This document shows, in pieces, positions 1 to 7,969 of a stretch of DNA of 64,000 bases. The DNA is from an uncultured bacterium (lineage in GTDB: Bacteria > Patescibacteriota > Minisyncoccia > Phycocordibacterales > DATDWN01): NCBI GenBank assembly GCA_903861205.1, contig CAIOTC010000003.1, positions 7,964 through 71,963 of the forward strand, read 5' to 3'. Each line of letters opens with the position of its first letter. The first letter of the stretch is position 1. The translations under genes and the position numbers were made by a program. Under the pieces are notes generated by a model that had not been told where the DNA came from, did no database searches, and was given only the letters and a program-made list of their open reading frames with translations.

Positions 1-112
1 AGTTGAGGGTAAAAATAAAAAGGTGAAAGTTATCAAGGAGAAGATAAAAGAAGAACCGGTCAAAAAGTCCATAAAGTCAAAAGTCCATAAAGAAAAAACC
101 AAAAAAAATTAA
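1..112 (+). CDS. 3' end of upstream CDS (lysine-rich tail ...KKVKVIKEKIKEEPVKK...; position upstream of rpsC suggests rplV/L22), partial
   Basis: Open frame 2 from the window edge to TAA at 110-112; synteny of the S10 operon places L22 before S3. Confidence 0.35.
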   Translation, partial: VEGKNKKVKVIKEKIKEEPVKKSIKSKVHKEKTKKN

Positions 113-156
113 CTTTATAAACTTTAAGGACTTTATAGACTTTAGACTAAAAAAAC
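60..156. repeat. Family-E 'ataaagtc/gacttta' palindromic intergenic element
   Basis: Second copy at 1331-1425. Confidence 0.5.
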
Positions 157-816
157 ATGACCCACACCGTACATCCATATTCCCATAGACTTGGCATCAC
201 GAGAGACTGGAAGTCCCGCTGGTTTGGCGTCAAAGCAAAGTACAAAGATTTTTTGAAAAGCGATGTGTTACTGCGAGAATATCTGGAAAAGCGTTTTCGC
301 GGTTTTTATGTCAGCAATATTGAAATGGAACGCGGAGAAAAAGTTTTGCGCATTGTGATCGAATCGTCTCGCCCGGGTATGATCATTGGCCGAAGCGGGG
401 AAGGCGCGGTTAAACTGCGACAGGACATTTTGGCATTCTTGGCAAAGAACAAATTGTCAGCCGAAGGCGATGTCAAAATCGATATCAAAGAAATTAAATC
501 GCCGGAATCAAACGCGTCGATCGTGGCTCAAATGATCGCCGACGGTTTGGAAAAAAGATTACCTTTCCGACGCGTGACCAAGCAGACAGCCGAAAAAGTG
601 ATGGCCAACAGAGACGTGGAAGGTGTCAAAATCGAATTGTCCGGACGACTTGGCGGTGCATCGATGGCGCGTCAGGAGAAATTGAAACGTGGCCGAATTC
701 CTTTGCAGACTTTCCGAGCGGATGTCGATTTCACAAAATACGAGGCGCGATTGCCGTATGGCGGAATAGGAATAAAGGTTTGGATATATAGAGGAGAGAT
801 ATTTAGTAAAAAATAA
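157..816 (+). CDS. rpsC: 30S ribosomal protein S3
   Basis: 219 aa with the N-terminal KH-like S3 signature (HPYSHRLGITRDWKSRWF); position before L16. Confidence 0.95.
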   Translation: MTHTVHPYSHRLGITRDWKSRWFGVKAKYKDFLKSDVLLREYLEKRFRGFYVSNIEMERGEKVLRIVIESSRPGMIIGRSGEGAVKLRQDILAFLAKNKLSAEGDVKIDIKEIKSPESNASIVAQMIADGLEKRLPFRRVTKQTAEKVMANRDVEGVKIELSGRLGGASMARQEKLKRGRIPLQTFRADVDFTKYEARLPYGGIGIKVWIYRGEIFSKK

Positions 817-913
817 AAAGTTGAATAAGTTTAATAAGTTGAATAAGTCAGGAAATGCAGAAAAACTTATACAACTTATTAAACTAAAGCGAAGCGTAAC
901 TTATTAAACTACA

Positions 914-1330
914 ATGCTTGTCCCCAAAAAAGTAAAATTCAGAAAGTGGCAGACCATGCGAAAAAATCCGGCTAAAGTCGGCACGGCTTCGCGCGGAGCG
1001 ACAATTTCCTTTGGTTCATACGCGCTCAAGGCGTTGCAGGGAATGCGCATCAGATCAAACCAGGTTGAAGCTGCCAGAAAAGTTCTTTCGCGAGCATCAG
1101 GCAAGACTGGCAAGATTTGGATTCGCATTTTTCCCGATATGCCGTATACTCAGAAGCCGGCCGAGGTTAAGCTGGGCAAGGGTAAGGGTGATTTGGCGGG
1201 ATACGTGGCGGCGGTCAAACCCGGCACCATTCTGTTTGAAATCGACGGTGTGACCGAGGCTATCGCGCGCGAAGGTTTGCGAAAGGCCGGCACAAAATTA
1301 CCGCTGAAGACGAAAATCATAAGCAGATGA
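914..1330 (+). CDS. rplP: 50S ribosomal protein L16
   Basis: MLVPKKVKFRKWQ... 138 aa, canonical L16 N-terminus. Confidence 0.95.
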   Translation: MLVPKKVKFRKWQTMRKNPAKVGTASRGATISFGSYALKALQGMRIRSNQVEAARKVLSRASGKTGKIWIRIFPDMPYTQKPAEVKLGKGKGDLAGYVAAVKPGTILFEIDGVTEAIAREGLRKAGTKLPLKTKIISR

Positions 1331-1425
1331 AGTCATAAAGTCCATATAAAGTCAAAAGTCTATAAAGAAATTCAGAATTCACTTTACAGACTTTAAGGAC
1401 TTGATAGACTTTTAACTTAAATTCA

Positions 1426-1617
1426 ATGAAAATCGCAGAATTAAACAAAAAAACAGAAAAAGAGTTGCAGACGCTTCTTACCGAAAAGAGCTTGGCTTTG
1501 CGCGCTTTTCGATTCAGCATTGCCGGCAGCAAGACACGAAACGTCAAAGAGGGAGCTGCGCTGAAAAAAGATATTGCTCGCATCAAGACGATATTTAATT
1601 CAAAAAAACATGAATAA
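1426..1617 (+). CDS. rpmC: 50S ribosomal protein L29
   Basis: 63 aa MKIAELNKKTEKELQ..LL; position L16-L29-S17. Confidence 0.9.
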   Translation: MKIAELNKKTEKELQTLLTEKSLALRAFRFSIAGSKTRNVKEGAALKKDIARIKTIFNSKKHE

Positions 1618-1855
1618 AGAAATTAAAAATGCCGGCAAGATTCTTTCCGGAGTTGTCGTTTCAGACAAAATGAAAGACACCTCTACGGTCAAAGTTTCGC
1701 GATTCGTCAAACATCCGAAGTACGGCAAGTTTTTGAAAGTGGACAAAAAATACAAAGCACACGATCTCGGCAATACCAAAAAAATCGGTGACAAGGTGGA
1801 AATACAGGAATGCGCGCCAATTTCAAAGGATAAACATTTTAAAATAGTTGAATAA
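1610..1855 (+). CDS. rpsQ: 30S ribosomal protein S17
   Basis: Internal ATG of ORF 1574..1855; MNKEIKNAGKILSGVVVSDKM...VKHPKYGKF S17 signature. Confidence 0.9.
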   Translation: MNKEIKNAGKILSGVVVSDKMKDTSTVKVSRFVKHPKYGKFLKVDKKYKAHDLGNTKKIGDKVEIQECAPISKDKHFKIVE

Positions 1856-1935
1856 GTTTGAAAAGTTGAATAAGGAAATACAGAAAACTTATACAACTTA
1901 TTAAACTAAAGCGAAGCGTAACTTATAAAACTAAC

Positions 1936-2307
1936 ATGATACAACCGCGATCCATCGTTAAAATAGCAGACAACTCCGGAGGCCTGATCGGACGTATTTT
2001 CAAAGTGCTCGGAAGTTCAAAGAAAAGATATGCTTCGATAGGCGAGATGGTTGTTTTGTCCGTTCAGAAAGCCCAGCCGCGAAAAACGACCAAGAAAAAA
2101 GACGTTTTGTACGCCGTGGTTGTCCGCCAAAAAGCGCCTTTCCGCCGAAAAGACGGTTCATACATTCGCTTTGACGAAAATGCTGTGGTTATCGTCCTGA
2201 AAGACAAGAAGGAACCGGTAGCCGGACGAGTTTTCGGACCGATTCCGCGCGAGATTGGCGAAGTGGGATATCAGAAAATTATTTCTTTAGCTCCCGAAGT
2301 CGTCTAA
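1936..2307 (+). CDS. rplN: 50S ribosomal protein L14
   Basis: MIQPRSIVKIADNSGG... 123 aa. Confidence 0.95.
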   Translation: MIQPRSIVKIADNSGGLIGRIFKVLGSSKKRYASIGEMVVLSVQKAQPRKTTKKKDVLYAVVVRQKAPFRRKDGSYIRFDENAVVIVLKDKKEPVAGRVFGPIPREIGEVGYQKIISLAPEVV

Positions 2308-2413
2308 GAAACAATTTTATAATTTTTAATTTAGAATTTTTAATGAATGTTTAAATTTAAAAATTCAAAAATTGAAAATTCATTTTAAATTAAAAATTCT
2401 AAATTAAAAATTT
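2308..2413. repeat. Family-A AT-rich palindromic intergenic element (..aatttttaatgaatgtttaaatttaaaaattcaaaaattgaaaattcatt..aaaattctaaattaaaaatt)
   Basis: Copies at ~6808-6922, 7853-7966, 8552-8658, 9096-9205, 12069-12176, 19430-19530, 32095-32177, 33693-33754, 35908-36009, 43465-43500, 44790-44820. Confidence 0.6.
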
Positions 2414-2629
2414 ATGCATGTTAAGAAAGATGACAACGTAATAGTTCTGACCGGCAAAGACAAGGGCAAAAAAGGCGCTGTGGTCAAAGCGTTCCCGAAA
2501 GAAAACAGAGTCGTTGTTTCCGGAGTCAATATTTTGAAAAAACATCAGAGACCGACCAAGTCCGGACAAAAAGGCCAGATTATCGAAAAGACGATGCCGA
2601 TACATGCGAGCAATGTAAGGAAAGTTTAG
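2414..2629 (+). CDS. rplX: 50S ribosomal protein L24 (short form, KOW domain only)
   Basis: [21 protein letters not shown]... matches the L24 N-terminus but lacks ~30 C-terminal residues. Confidence 0.85.
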   Translation: MHVKKDDNVIVLTGKDKGKKGAVVKAFPKENRVVVSGVNILKKHQRPTKSGQKGQIIEKTMPIHASNVRKV

Positions 2630-2722
2630 AAAGTTGAATAAGTTTAAAAAGTTGAATAAGGAAAATGCAAGAAACTTATACAACTTATTAAACTAAAGCG
2701 AAGCGTAACTTATTAAACTACA

Positions 2723-3256
2723 ATGCAAACCATCAAAGAAAAAACAAAAGAATCGTACGGCGCGCTCAAGGCTGATTTCGGCTATAAAAACATCATGCAA
2801 TCGCCGAAAATCGAAAAGGTTATTGTTTCGGCCGGTGTCGGATCTTTCAAGGACAAGAAAAAAATCGATCTGGCTTTTGATCGACTTTCCAAAATCACCG
2901 GCCAGCGTCCCGTCAAAAAAGGCGCCAAGCAATCGGTGGCTTCTTTCAAAGTTCGCGAAGGTGACGTTGTAGGTTTGCAGGTTACTTTGCGAGGTCAGCG
3001 AATGTACGATTTTCTTGATCGCTTGATAAACATCTCACTTCCACGAACAAAAGACTTCCGCGGTATTTCTCCAACAGGCATCGACGAAATGGGCAACTAC
3101 ACCCTCGGTATCAAAGAGAACACTATTTTCCCGGAATCGTCCGATGAGGAACTGAAAGACGTTTTTGGTCTGGCTGTCACTGTCGTCACCAGCATTCGCG
3201 ACAAAAAAGAAACAAGAGCGTTTTTGACACACCTCGGATTTCCGTTCAAGAAGTAA
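2723..3256 (+). CDS. rplE: 50S ribosomal protein L5
   Basis: 177 aa, L5 signature; follows L24. Confidence 0.95.
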   Translation: MQTIKEKTKESYGALKADFGYKNIMQSPKIEKVIVSAGVGSFKDKKKIDLAFDRLSKITGQRPVKKGAKQSVASFKVREGDVVGLQVTLRGQRMYDFLDRLINISLPRTKDFRGISPTGIDEMGNYTLGIKENTIFPESSDEELKDVFGLAVTVVTSIRDKKETRAFLTHLGFPFKK

Positions 3257-3297
3257 AAACTTCCAAATTTCACCAATCTCATCGTCTAAAATAATAT

Positions 3298-3348
3298 CCT
3301 GATCCGTCAATGTACCCACTGTACACCTCCGGCTCAGGATTTTATTTT
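3298..3348 (+). terminator. Candidate rho-independent terminator after rplE
   Basis: Inverted repeat cctgatccg...ccggctcagg followed by attttatttt. Confidence 0.4.
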
Positions 3349-3398
3349 ATACGCGACCTTGGCGAAATTATGAAAATTTTTAGTCCGTGGTGACTTAA

Positions 3399-3426
3399 AA
3401 AACCGCTAAACATGGCGGTTTTTGCG
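3399..3426 (+). terminator. Hairpin/terminator T2 (aaaaaccgctaaacatggcggttttt), copy 1
   Basis: Stem aaccgc/gcggtt plus T-run; a near-identical copy lies at 5078-5108. Confidence 0.5.
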
Positions 3427-3455
3427 TATAAGACTTTACTTTTGAACGATAGTTG

Positions 3456-3464
3456 TGGTATAAT
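3456..3464 (+). promoter_or_regulatory. Extended -10 promoter (TGgTATAAT) for gene 3506-4216
   Basis: Read directly: tgtggtataat ~40 nt upstream of the start. Confidence 0.4.
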
Positions 3465-3505
3465 ACATATAGATCCATACCTCGCTACAAACCATTAAAC
3501 CGGTT

Positions 3506-4216
3506 TTGGAAGACGAAGAGTATAGGATGTTGGAGTTTGAAATGCTCACAGATCCGTTGTTCAACGTTTTTGTCGGAGTCGTCGCCCTCGGCGCGTTCCT
3601 GGCTTCTCTCTGGATGATTCGAGAGGCTTACCGGACCTCTGTCCGCTATTACCGCGAATTTTTTGTTTGGCGCCCGGTACGACGCCGTGGAGAGGAGATG
3701 GTCCGTCGAGCCAAGTTTTATGTTCAAATTCATGGTCCGCTCGCGGTCCAAAACAAGGCCAAGAAAGGGGTCACGGCGGTTGCGCGTTACGACAAGTTCA
3801 ACGCGAGACTGCTTGAAGTTCTTCGCAGGGCCGCAGGCGCGCGTAATACGGAGCCGATGTGCCAACGGGTGTTTGTAGATGTGGTCCCCACATTCACATT
3901 CGCTGATAACGAAGCGGTTCATTTTCCAGCACACACAGGTCTGAAAAGAGACATTGACGATCTAATGAGCTGGATTGTCGCTAAAATAACGGATATCGGT
4001 AAGGCAGAGGTTGACAAGAGAAGCTATGAAGAGGCAGTTTTGATTCTCGCAGTTCGTGATCAGCGATTACTGATACCGTTTGAGTACGAAGAACCGTTGC
4101 ACACCGTTGAGGGCGAGTTCAAGAAGTTTGGTGGCACAACACTTCAGCAAGCGGAGGAGCAGTTTGTACCTCCTTTTCCCAACACTAGCACGTTTGACAC
4201 CTCCGCGGACGAATAG
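3506..4216 (+). CDS. Hypothetical protein with an N-terminal TM helix; GC-rich cargo gene inside the ribosomal operon
   Basis: 236 aa ORF; GC clearly above its surroundings; own promoter and terminator. Confidence 0.6.
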   Translation: MEDEEYRMLEFEMLTDPLFNVFVGVVALGAFLASLWMIREAYRTSVRYYREFFVWRPVRRRGEEMVRRAKFYVQIHGPLAVQNKAKKGVTAVARYDKFNARLLEVLRRAAGARNTEPMCQRVFVDVVPTFTFADNEAVHFPAHTGLKRDIDDLMSWIVAKITDIGKAEVDKRSYEEAVLILAVRDQRLLIPFEYEEPLHTVEGEFKKFGGTTLQQAEEQFVPPFPNTSTFDTSADE

Positions 4217-4222
4217 AGAACC

Positions 4223-4259
4223 AGCCGGTGGTCCCTCGCGGGGTCGCCGGCTTTTCATT
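4223..4259 (+). terminator. Rho-independent terminator T1 (agccggtggtccc-tcgc-ggggtcgccggct + T-run), copy 1
   Basis: 13-bp stem including G-U pairs, so strand-specific for +; identical copy at 5688-5726. Confidence 0.6.
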
Positions 4260-4352
4260 TGACTTTAGCTCACTTAAATATTAAGTTTATCCACACTTAC
4301 ACATTTCTAATCATTGAATTTTCATGGGTGTATGGGATAATTAAAACAACAA

Positions 4353-4847
4353 ATGGAGCAAAAACTCAATATAAATAAATATAAAAACGCTCTCGTGTAT
4401 TTGATAGATAAATGTGGAAATGAAAAATTGGGCATCATGAAGCTCAATAAAATTTTCTATTACATGGATTTTATTTCATATCGCGACCGCGGTTTGACTG
4501 TGACTGGCGAAACTTACGTTCATCTTCCAAAAGGACCATTTGCAGATTCTTTGCAAAGTGTGATTTTGCCTCTGGCGGAAAAAGAAAATCTGGTGGAACA
4601 AAAAGAGGATATCAGTGAAAAATTTGGCAAACGAAACAGATTTAAAGCTCTCAAAAAACCAGACATGTCGCTTTTTGATGACTACGAAAAGAAATTGCTG
4701 GAGTACTTGTGCGTGACATTCAAGGATTGGACAACAGATCAAATGGTTGCCCAAACTCACACAGAAGCGCCGTGGGTTTTTTCCAAACCGAGCAAATCTC
4801 TGGATTATAATAATGCTGATGATATAGAATTCTTTGCCAATAATTAA
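4353..4847 (+). CDS. Panacea-domain (DUF4065 / SocA-like antitoxin, phage-associated) protein
   Basis: N-terminal ...GIMKLNKIFYYMDFISYRDRG.TVTGETYVHLPKGPF pattern typical of DUF4065. Confidence 0.55.
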   Translation: MEQKLNINKYKNALVYLIDKCGNEKLGIMKLNKIFYYMDFISYRDRGLTVTGETYVHLPKGPFADSLQSVILPLAEKENLVEQKEDISEKFGKRNRFKALKKPDMSLFDDYEKKLLEYLCVTFKDWTTDQMVAQTHTEAPWVFSKPSKSLDYNNADDIEFFANN

Positions 4848-4859
4848 TTTATTTCCACT

Positions 4860-5081
4860 ATGTCTTGGTCTGTACAGAGAACGGAAAGTTTCGACAAGTG
4901 GTGGAAAAAAGAGGGAATAGAAGATAAAAACTATGAGTATCACGAGCGGGCGCTCACGGAATTTCAAAATATTCCGTTGCCTCATCAGATGCAGAGTTGC
5001 GTATTTAAGAATAGCAGTTTTGAATGCTGGGTTACTCGATTGCCTGACAAAGATCTCGCAAAAGAATTTATGGAAGCTTAA
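4860..5081 (+). CDS. Small hypothetical protein adjacent to the Panacea gene; possible toxin partner
   Basis: 73 aa ORF 12 nt downstream in the same transcription unit; no recognisable family. Confidence 0.35.
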   Translation: MSWSVQRTESFDKWWKKEGIEDKNYEYHERALTEFQNIPLPHQMQSCVFKNSSFECWVTRLPDKDLAKEFMEA

Positions 5082-5108
5082 AAACCGCTCAACATGGCGG
5101 TTTTTACG
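5078..5108 (+). terminator. Hairpin/terminator T2, copy 2 (aaaaaccgctcaacatggcggttttt)
   Basis: Near-identical to 3399-3426. Confidence 0.5.
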
Positions 5109-5116
5109 TGTTTTGA

Positions 5117-5145
5117 TTGACAAATAGATATAAAGGGAGTATAAT
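5117..5145 (+). promoter_or_regulatory. Consensus sigma70-type promoter TTGACA-17-TATAAT
   Basis: ttgaca(5117-5122), 17-nt spacer, tataat(5140-5145), ~80 nt upstream of ORF 5226. Confidence 0.55.
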
Positions 5146-5225
5146 ATAAGCGAAACATGAATTGGGGCATGTATGGACTCCAATCGCCGTCGGGCGTTAA
5201 ATAGATCATTGAAAGAGGTAGAGAA

Positions 5226-5657
5226 ATGATGGATTGTATTTTGGCAGTGATGATGGCGATTGTCGCTTTCATCACAGGTTGGATTCTGGCCGGCATAAAC
5301 ATCAGACGGCAGAAAAAGACAGACCGGGCGGAACATAGAATCGAAAATACCCAACGCAACATCGGCAACCGCGTTTGCAATGCCTTGAATGATGCGGCGG
5401 ACCAAAACCCAGAAGCTCACTTAAGAGCGAAGACCATCTTCTGTAATGGTGGTGAGGTCTACCGCGTCTACCTGTCTTTTGATTTTAGTGGTGCTGATCT
5501 TCTGCTGGTGGACATCGATCCTCGGCAGTCGGTACCCATCACGGTCTTTTTCAACAAAAGCAGGCTGGAAAAGTATTATGATATCACCGAAGGGGATCTT
5601 GTAAGACTCATCCAGATGCTTCAAGAGTTCGTGGTGAATTACTCGCCCGAACGCTAG
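5226..5657 (+). CDS. Hypothetical protein with an N-terminal TM helix; second GC-rich cargo gene
   Basis: 143 aa; hydrophobic N-terminus; perfect promoter upstream and T1 terminator downstream. Confidence 0.55.
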   Translation: MMDCILAVMMAIVAFITGWILAGINIRRQKKTDRAEHRIENTQRNIGNRVCNALNDAADQNPEAHLRAKTIFCNGGEVYRVYLSFDFSGADLLLVDIDPRQSVPITVFFNKSRLEKYYDITEGDLVRLIQMLQEFVVNYSPER

Positions 5658-5687
5658 AGCAACTGACTTACGCCAGCTCAGTTATTC

Positions 5688-5726
5688 AGCCGGTGGTCCC
5701 TCGCGGGGTCGCCGGCTTTTTTGTGG
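5688..5726 (+). terminator. Rho-independent terminator T1, copy 2
   Basis: Identical 30-nt hairpin to 4223-4252, followed by tttttt. Confidence 0.6.
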
Positions 5727-5758
5727 GTGAAAGTGGCACTAAACAAGAATAAATTCCA

Positions 5759-5994
5759 GAGGTTCGACCTTAATGCCCAATTTCCCAAGGTCGAACCTCG
5801 GATGCGGGTGCAAAGTCACCACTAAACAAAATCTCGTACTGACATCTTTTCGGCAACTCCGCAGTGTCGCGAGCCGGTCTTGTCAACGACCCAGCCTTCG
5901 GGGCTGGGCTCATTGACAAGTCGCGACCGAGGACGGTAACAAACTTTTCGCTGGAAAAGTTTGTGGTGACGAAAAGATGTCAGTACGAGATTTT
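5759..5994 (+). other. Highly structured ~240-nt element (nested long hairpins) at the right boundary of the insertion, upstream of the S14 gene
   Basis: 11-bp hairpin 5759-5769/5789-5799; 25-bp perfect stem 5828-5852/5970-5994 enclosing a 62-nt hairpin 5866-5927 (7+8+7 bp stems, ttcg loop). Confidence 0.5.
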
Positions 5995-6060
5995 GTGTTG
6001 ACTTTTCAAGTCACTTTTGGTAGTCTTACCACAGCTTGAAAAAGCTTCGTTTTTGTAAAT

Positions 6061-6246
6061 ATGGCTAAAACATCTGTAAAAGCACGAGCTCGCAAAACAC
6101 CGAAATTCTCAACTCGGGCTGTTAACCGATGTTTCCGATGCGGACGAAAGCACGCTTTCATGCGAGACTTCGGTCTTTGCAGAATCTGCTTCCGCGAGCT
6201 GGCCAATGAGGGGAAGATTCCGGGGGTTAAGAAATCAAGTTGGTAG
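6061..6246 (+). CDS. rpsN: 30S ribosomal protein S14 type Z (zinc-binding, 61 aa)
   Basis: [48 protein letters not shown]; four Cys. Confidence 0.9.
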   Translation: MAKTSVKARARKTPKFSTRAVNRCFRCGRKHAFMRDFGLCRICFRELANEGKIPGVKKSSW

Positions 6247-6360
6247 ATACGAAATAACGAATAAATTACGAATGGCTACGAATAAGGAATACAAAGCATT
6301 TCATTCGTTGCAATTCGTAGACCCATTCGTTACTTCGTATATTAAACAAGTTCGTTCTAG
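6246..6360. repeat. Family-D 'tacgaat' palindromic intergenic element
   Basis: Related copies at 15486-15597, 15793-15904, 27480-27520, 44128-44172. Confidence 0.55.
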
Positions 6361-6418
6361 CAAGTCAGCGGTTAAAAACCAAAGATACTGCTAAAATATA
6401 ATACACACAACAAAAGAA

Positions 6419-6805
6419 ATGGATCCAATTTCAGACATGATTATCCGAATAAAAAACGCCTCAGATTCAAAGAAGGAGTCTGTGGTTTTTCCATATTCAA
6501 AAATGAAGCTCGCTATTCTCGACACTTTGATGAAAAGCGGTTTTGTGGTTTCGTTCGGCAAGAAAGGCAAAAAGGTGGTCAAATTCATCGAAGTTGTTTT
6601 GGCTTATGAAAACGGCGAACCGAAAATTCATGGCGTGCAGAGAATTTCCAAAACATCAAAGCGAGTTTATCAGAAAGCCAAGGACATCCGCTCGGTCAGA
6701 AATGGTTTCGGCGCTTTGATATTGTCAACACCGAAAGGAATCATTACGGACAAAATGGCCAGAACGGATAAGGTTGGAGGGGAAGCACTCTTTAAAATTT
6801 GGTAA
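6419..6805 (+). CDS. rpsH: 30S ribosomal protein S8
   Basis: MDPISDMIIRIKNA... 128 aa. Confidence 0.95.
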   Translation: MDPISDMIIRIKNASDSKKESVVFPYSKMKLAILDTLMKSGFVVSFGKKGKKVVKFIEVVLAYENGEPKIHGVQRISKTSKRVYQKAKDIRSVRNGFGALILSTPKGIITDKMARTDKVGGEALFKIW

Positions 6806-6922
6806 TTTTAAAGAAATTTTCAATTTTTAATTTAAAATTTTCAATGAATTTCCAATTTAAAAATTTAGAAATTTAAAATTCAATAAAAATTAAAAATTCT
6901 AAATTAAAAATTATTCAAAATC

Positions 6923-7456
6923 ATGAGCAGAATCGGAAAAAAAGTAATAGCCATACCGGAAAAAACAGAAGTAACTTTTGCTTCGGGTGTTTTGACTGTC
7001 AAAGGTCCGCTCGGAACTCTTTCTCGAAGTTTGAAATCGGACATTTCGGTCAACATCACTCCAAAGGAAATCACCTTGGAACCGGTCAAGAAAACACTGG
7101 ACACGAACGCTTTGTGGGGAACATACGCTTCGCTTATTATAAATATGGTAGAGGGGGTAGGCAAAGCTTTTGTCAAAAAGGTTATTTTGGAAGGCATCGG
7201 CTACAAATCGGAAGTCAAAGGAAGTGATTTGGTTTTGGCTCTCGGTTTTTCACATCCTGTTAAAGTTGCCATTCCTACAACGCTTAAGGTGACAGCGGAA
7301 AAGAATACAATCACCATTAGCGGAATCGACAAGGAAGCGGTGGGAGAATTTGCCGCTAGTCTGCGAGCACTGAAAAAACCGGAACCGTACAAAGGTAAGG
7401 GATTTAGATACGAAGGAGAAATCATAAAGAGAAAGCAGGGTAAGAAAACAGCGTAA
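6923..7456 (+). CDS. rplF: 50S ribosomal protein L6
   Basis: MSRIGKKVIAIPEKTEVTF...VKGPLG. Confidence 0.95.
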   Translation: MSRIGKKVIAIPEKTEVTFASGVLTVKGPLGTLSRSLKSDISVNITPKEITLEPVKKTLDTNALWGTYASLIINMVEGVGKAFVKKVILEGIGYKSEVKGSDLVLALGFSHPVKVAIPTTLKVTAEKNTITISGIDKEAVGEFAASLRALKKPEPYKGKGFRYEGEIIKRKQGKKTA

Positions 7457-7497
7457 AATAGAGGTTGGAGAGAAGAGACTAGAGATTAGAAAATACA

Positions 7498-7848
7498 ATG
7501 CAAAATTCAAAATCCAAAACAGAACAGAGAATACGACGCAAGGCGCGAATACGAGCCAAGATTTCGGGCACCAAGGAAATGCCACGACTTTCCGTTTTCA
7601 AATCAAACAGATACATTTCTGCTCAGATTATCGATGACGGATCTTCTGTTACGCTTGCTTCTTCACATTCCAAAACAGCAAAAGGCAAAACGCTTTTGGA
7701 GAAATCAGTTGGCGTGGGAAGCGACATTGCAGCCCAAGCCAAAGCCAAGAAAATTACCAAGGTAGTTTTCGATCGCGGAGGATTCAGATACACGGGGGCG
7801 GTCAAGGCAGTCGCAGAGGGAGCAAGGGAAGGAGGATTAATTTTTTGA
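7498..7848 (+). CDS. rplR: 50S ribosomal protein L18
   Basis: RIRRKARIRAKISGT...PRLSVFKSNRYISAQIIDD. Confidence 0.9.
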   Translation: MQNSKSKTEQRIRRKARIRAKISGTKEMPRLSVFKSNRYISAQIIDDGSSVTLASSHSKTAKGKTLLEKSVGVGSDIAAQAKAKKITKVVFDRGGFRYTGAVKAVAEGAREGGLIF

Positions 7849-7969
7849 TTACAAAAAATAATTTCTAATTTTTAATTTAAAATTTTTAATGAATGTCTAA
7901 ATTTAAAAATTGAATCAATTAAAATTCATTAAAAATTCAAAAATTAAAAATTAAAAATTTTTACAAACA

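Noticed and set aside
1011-1253. Overlapping small ORFs inside ribosomal protein genes (e.g. 1011-1253 +, 306-488 -, 3663-3878 +)
   Set aside because: They are out-of-frame overlaps with high-confidence ribosomal genes. They have no independent start signals.
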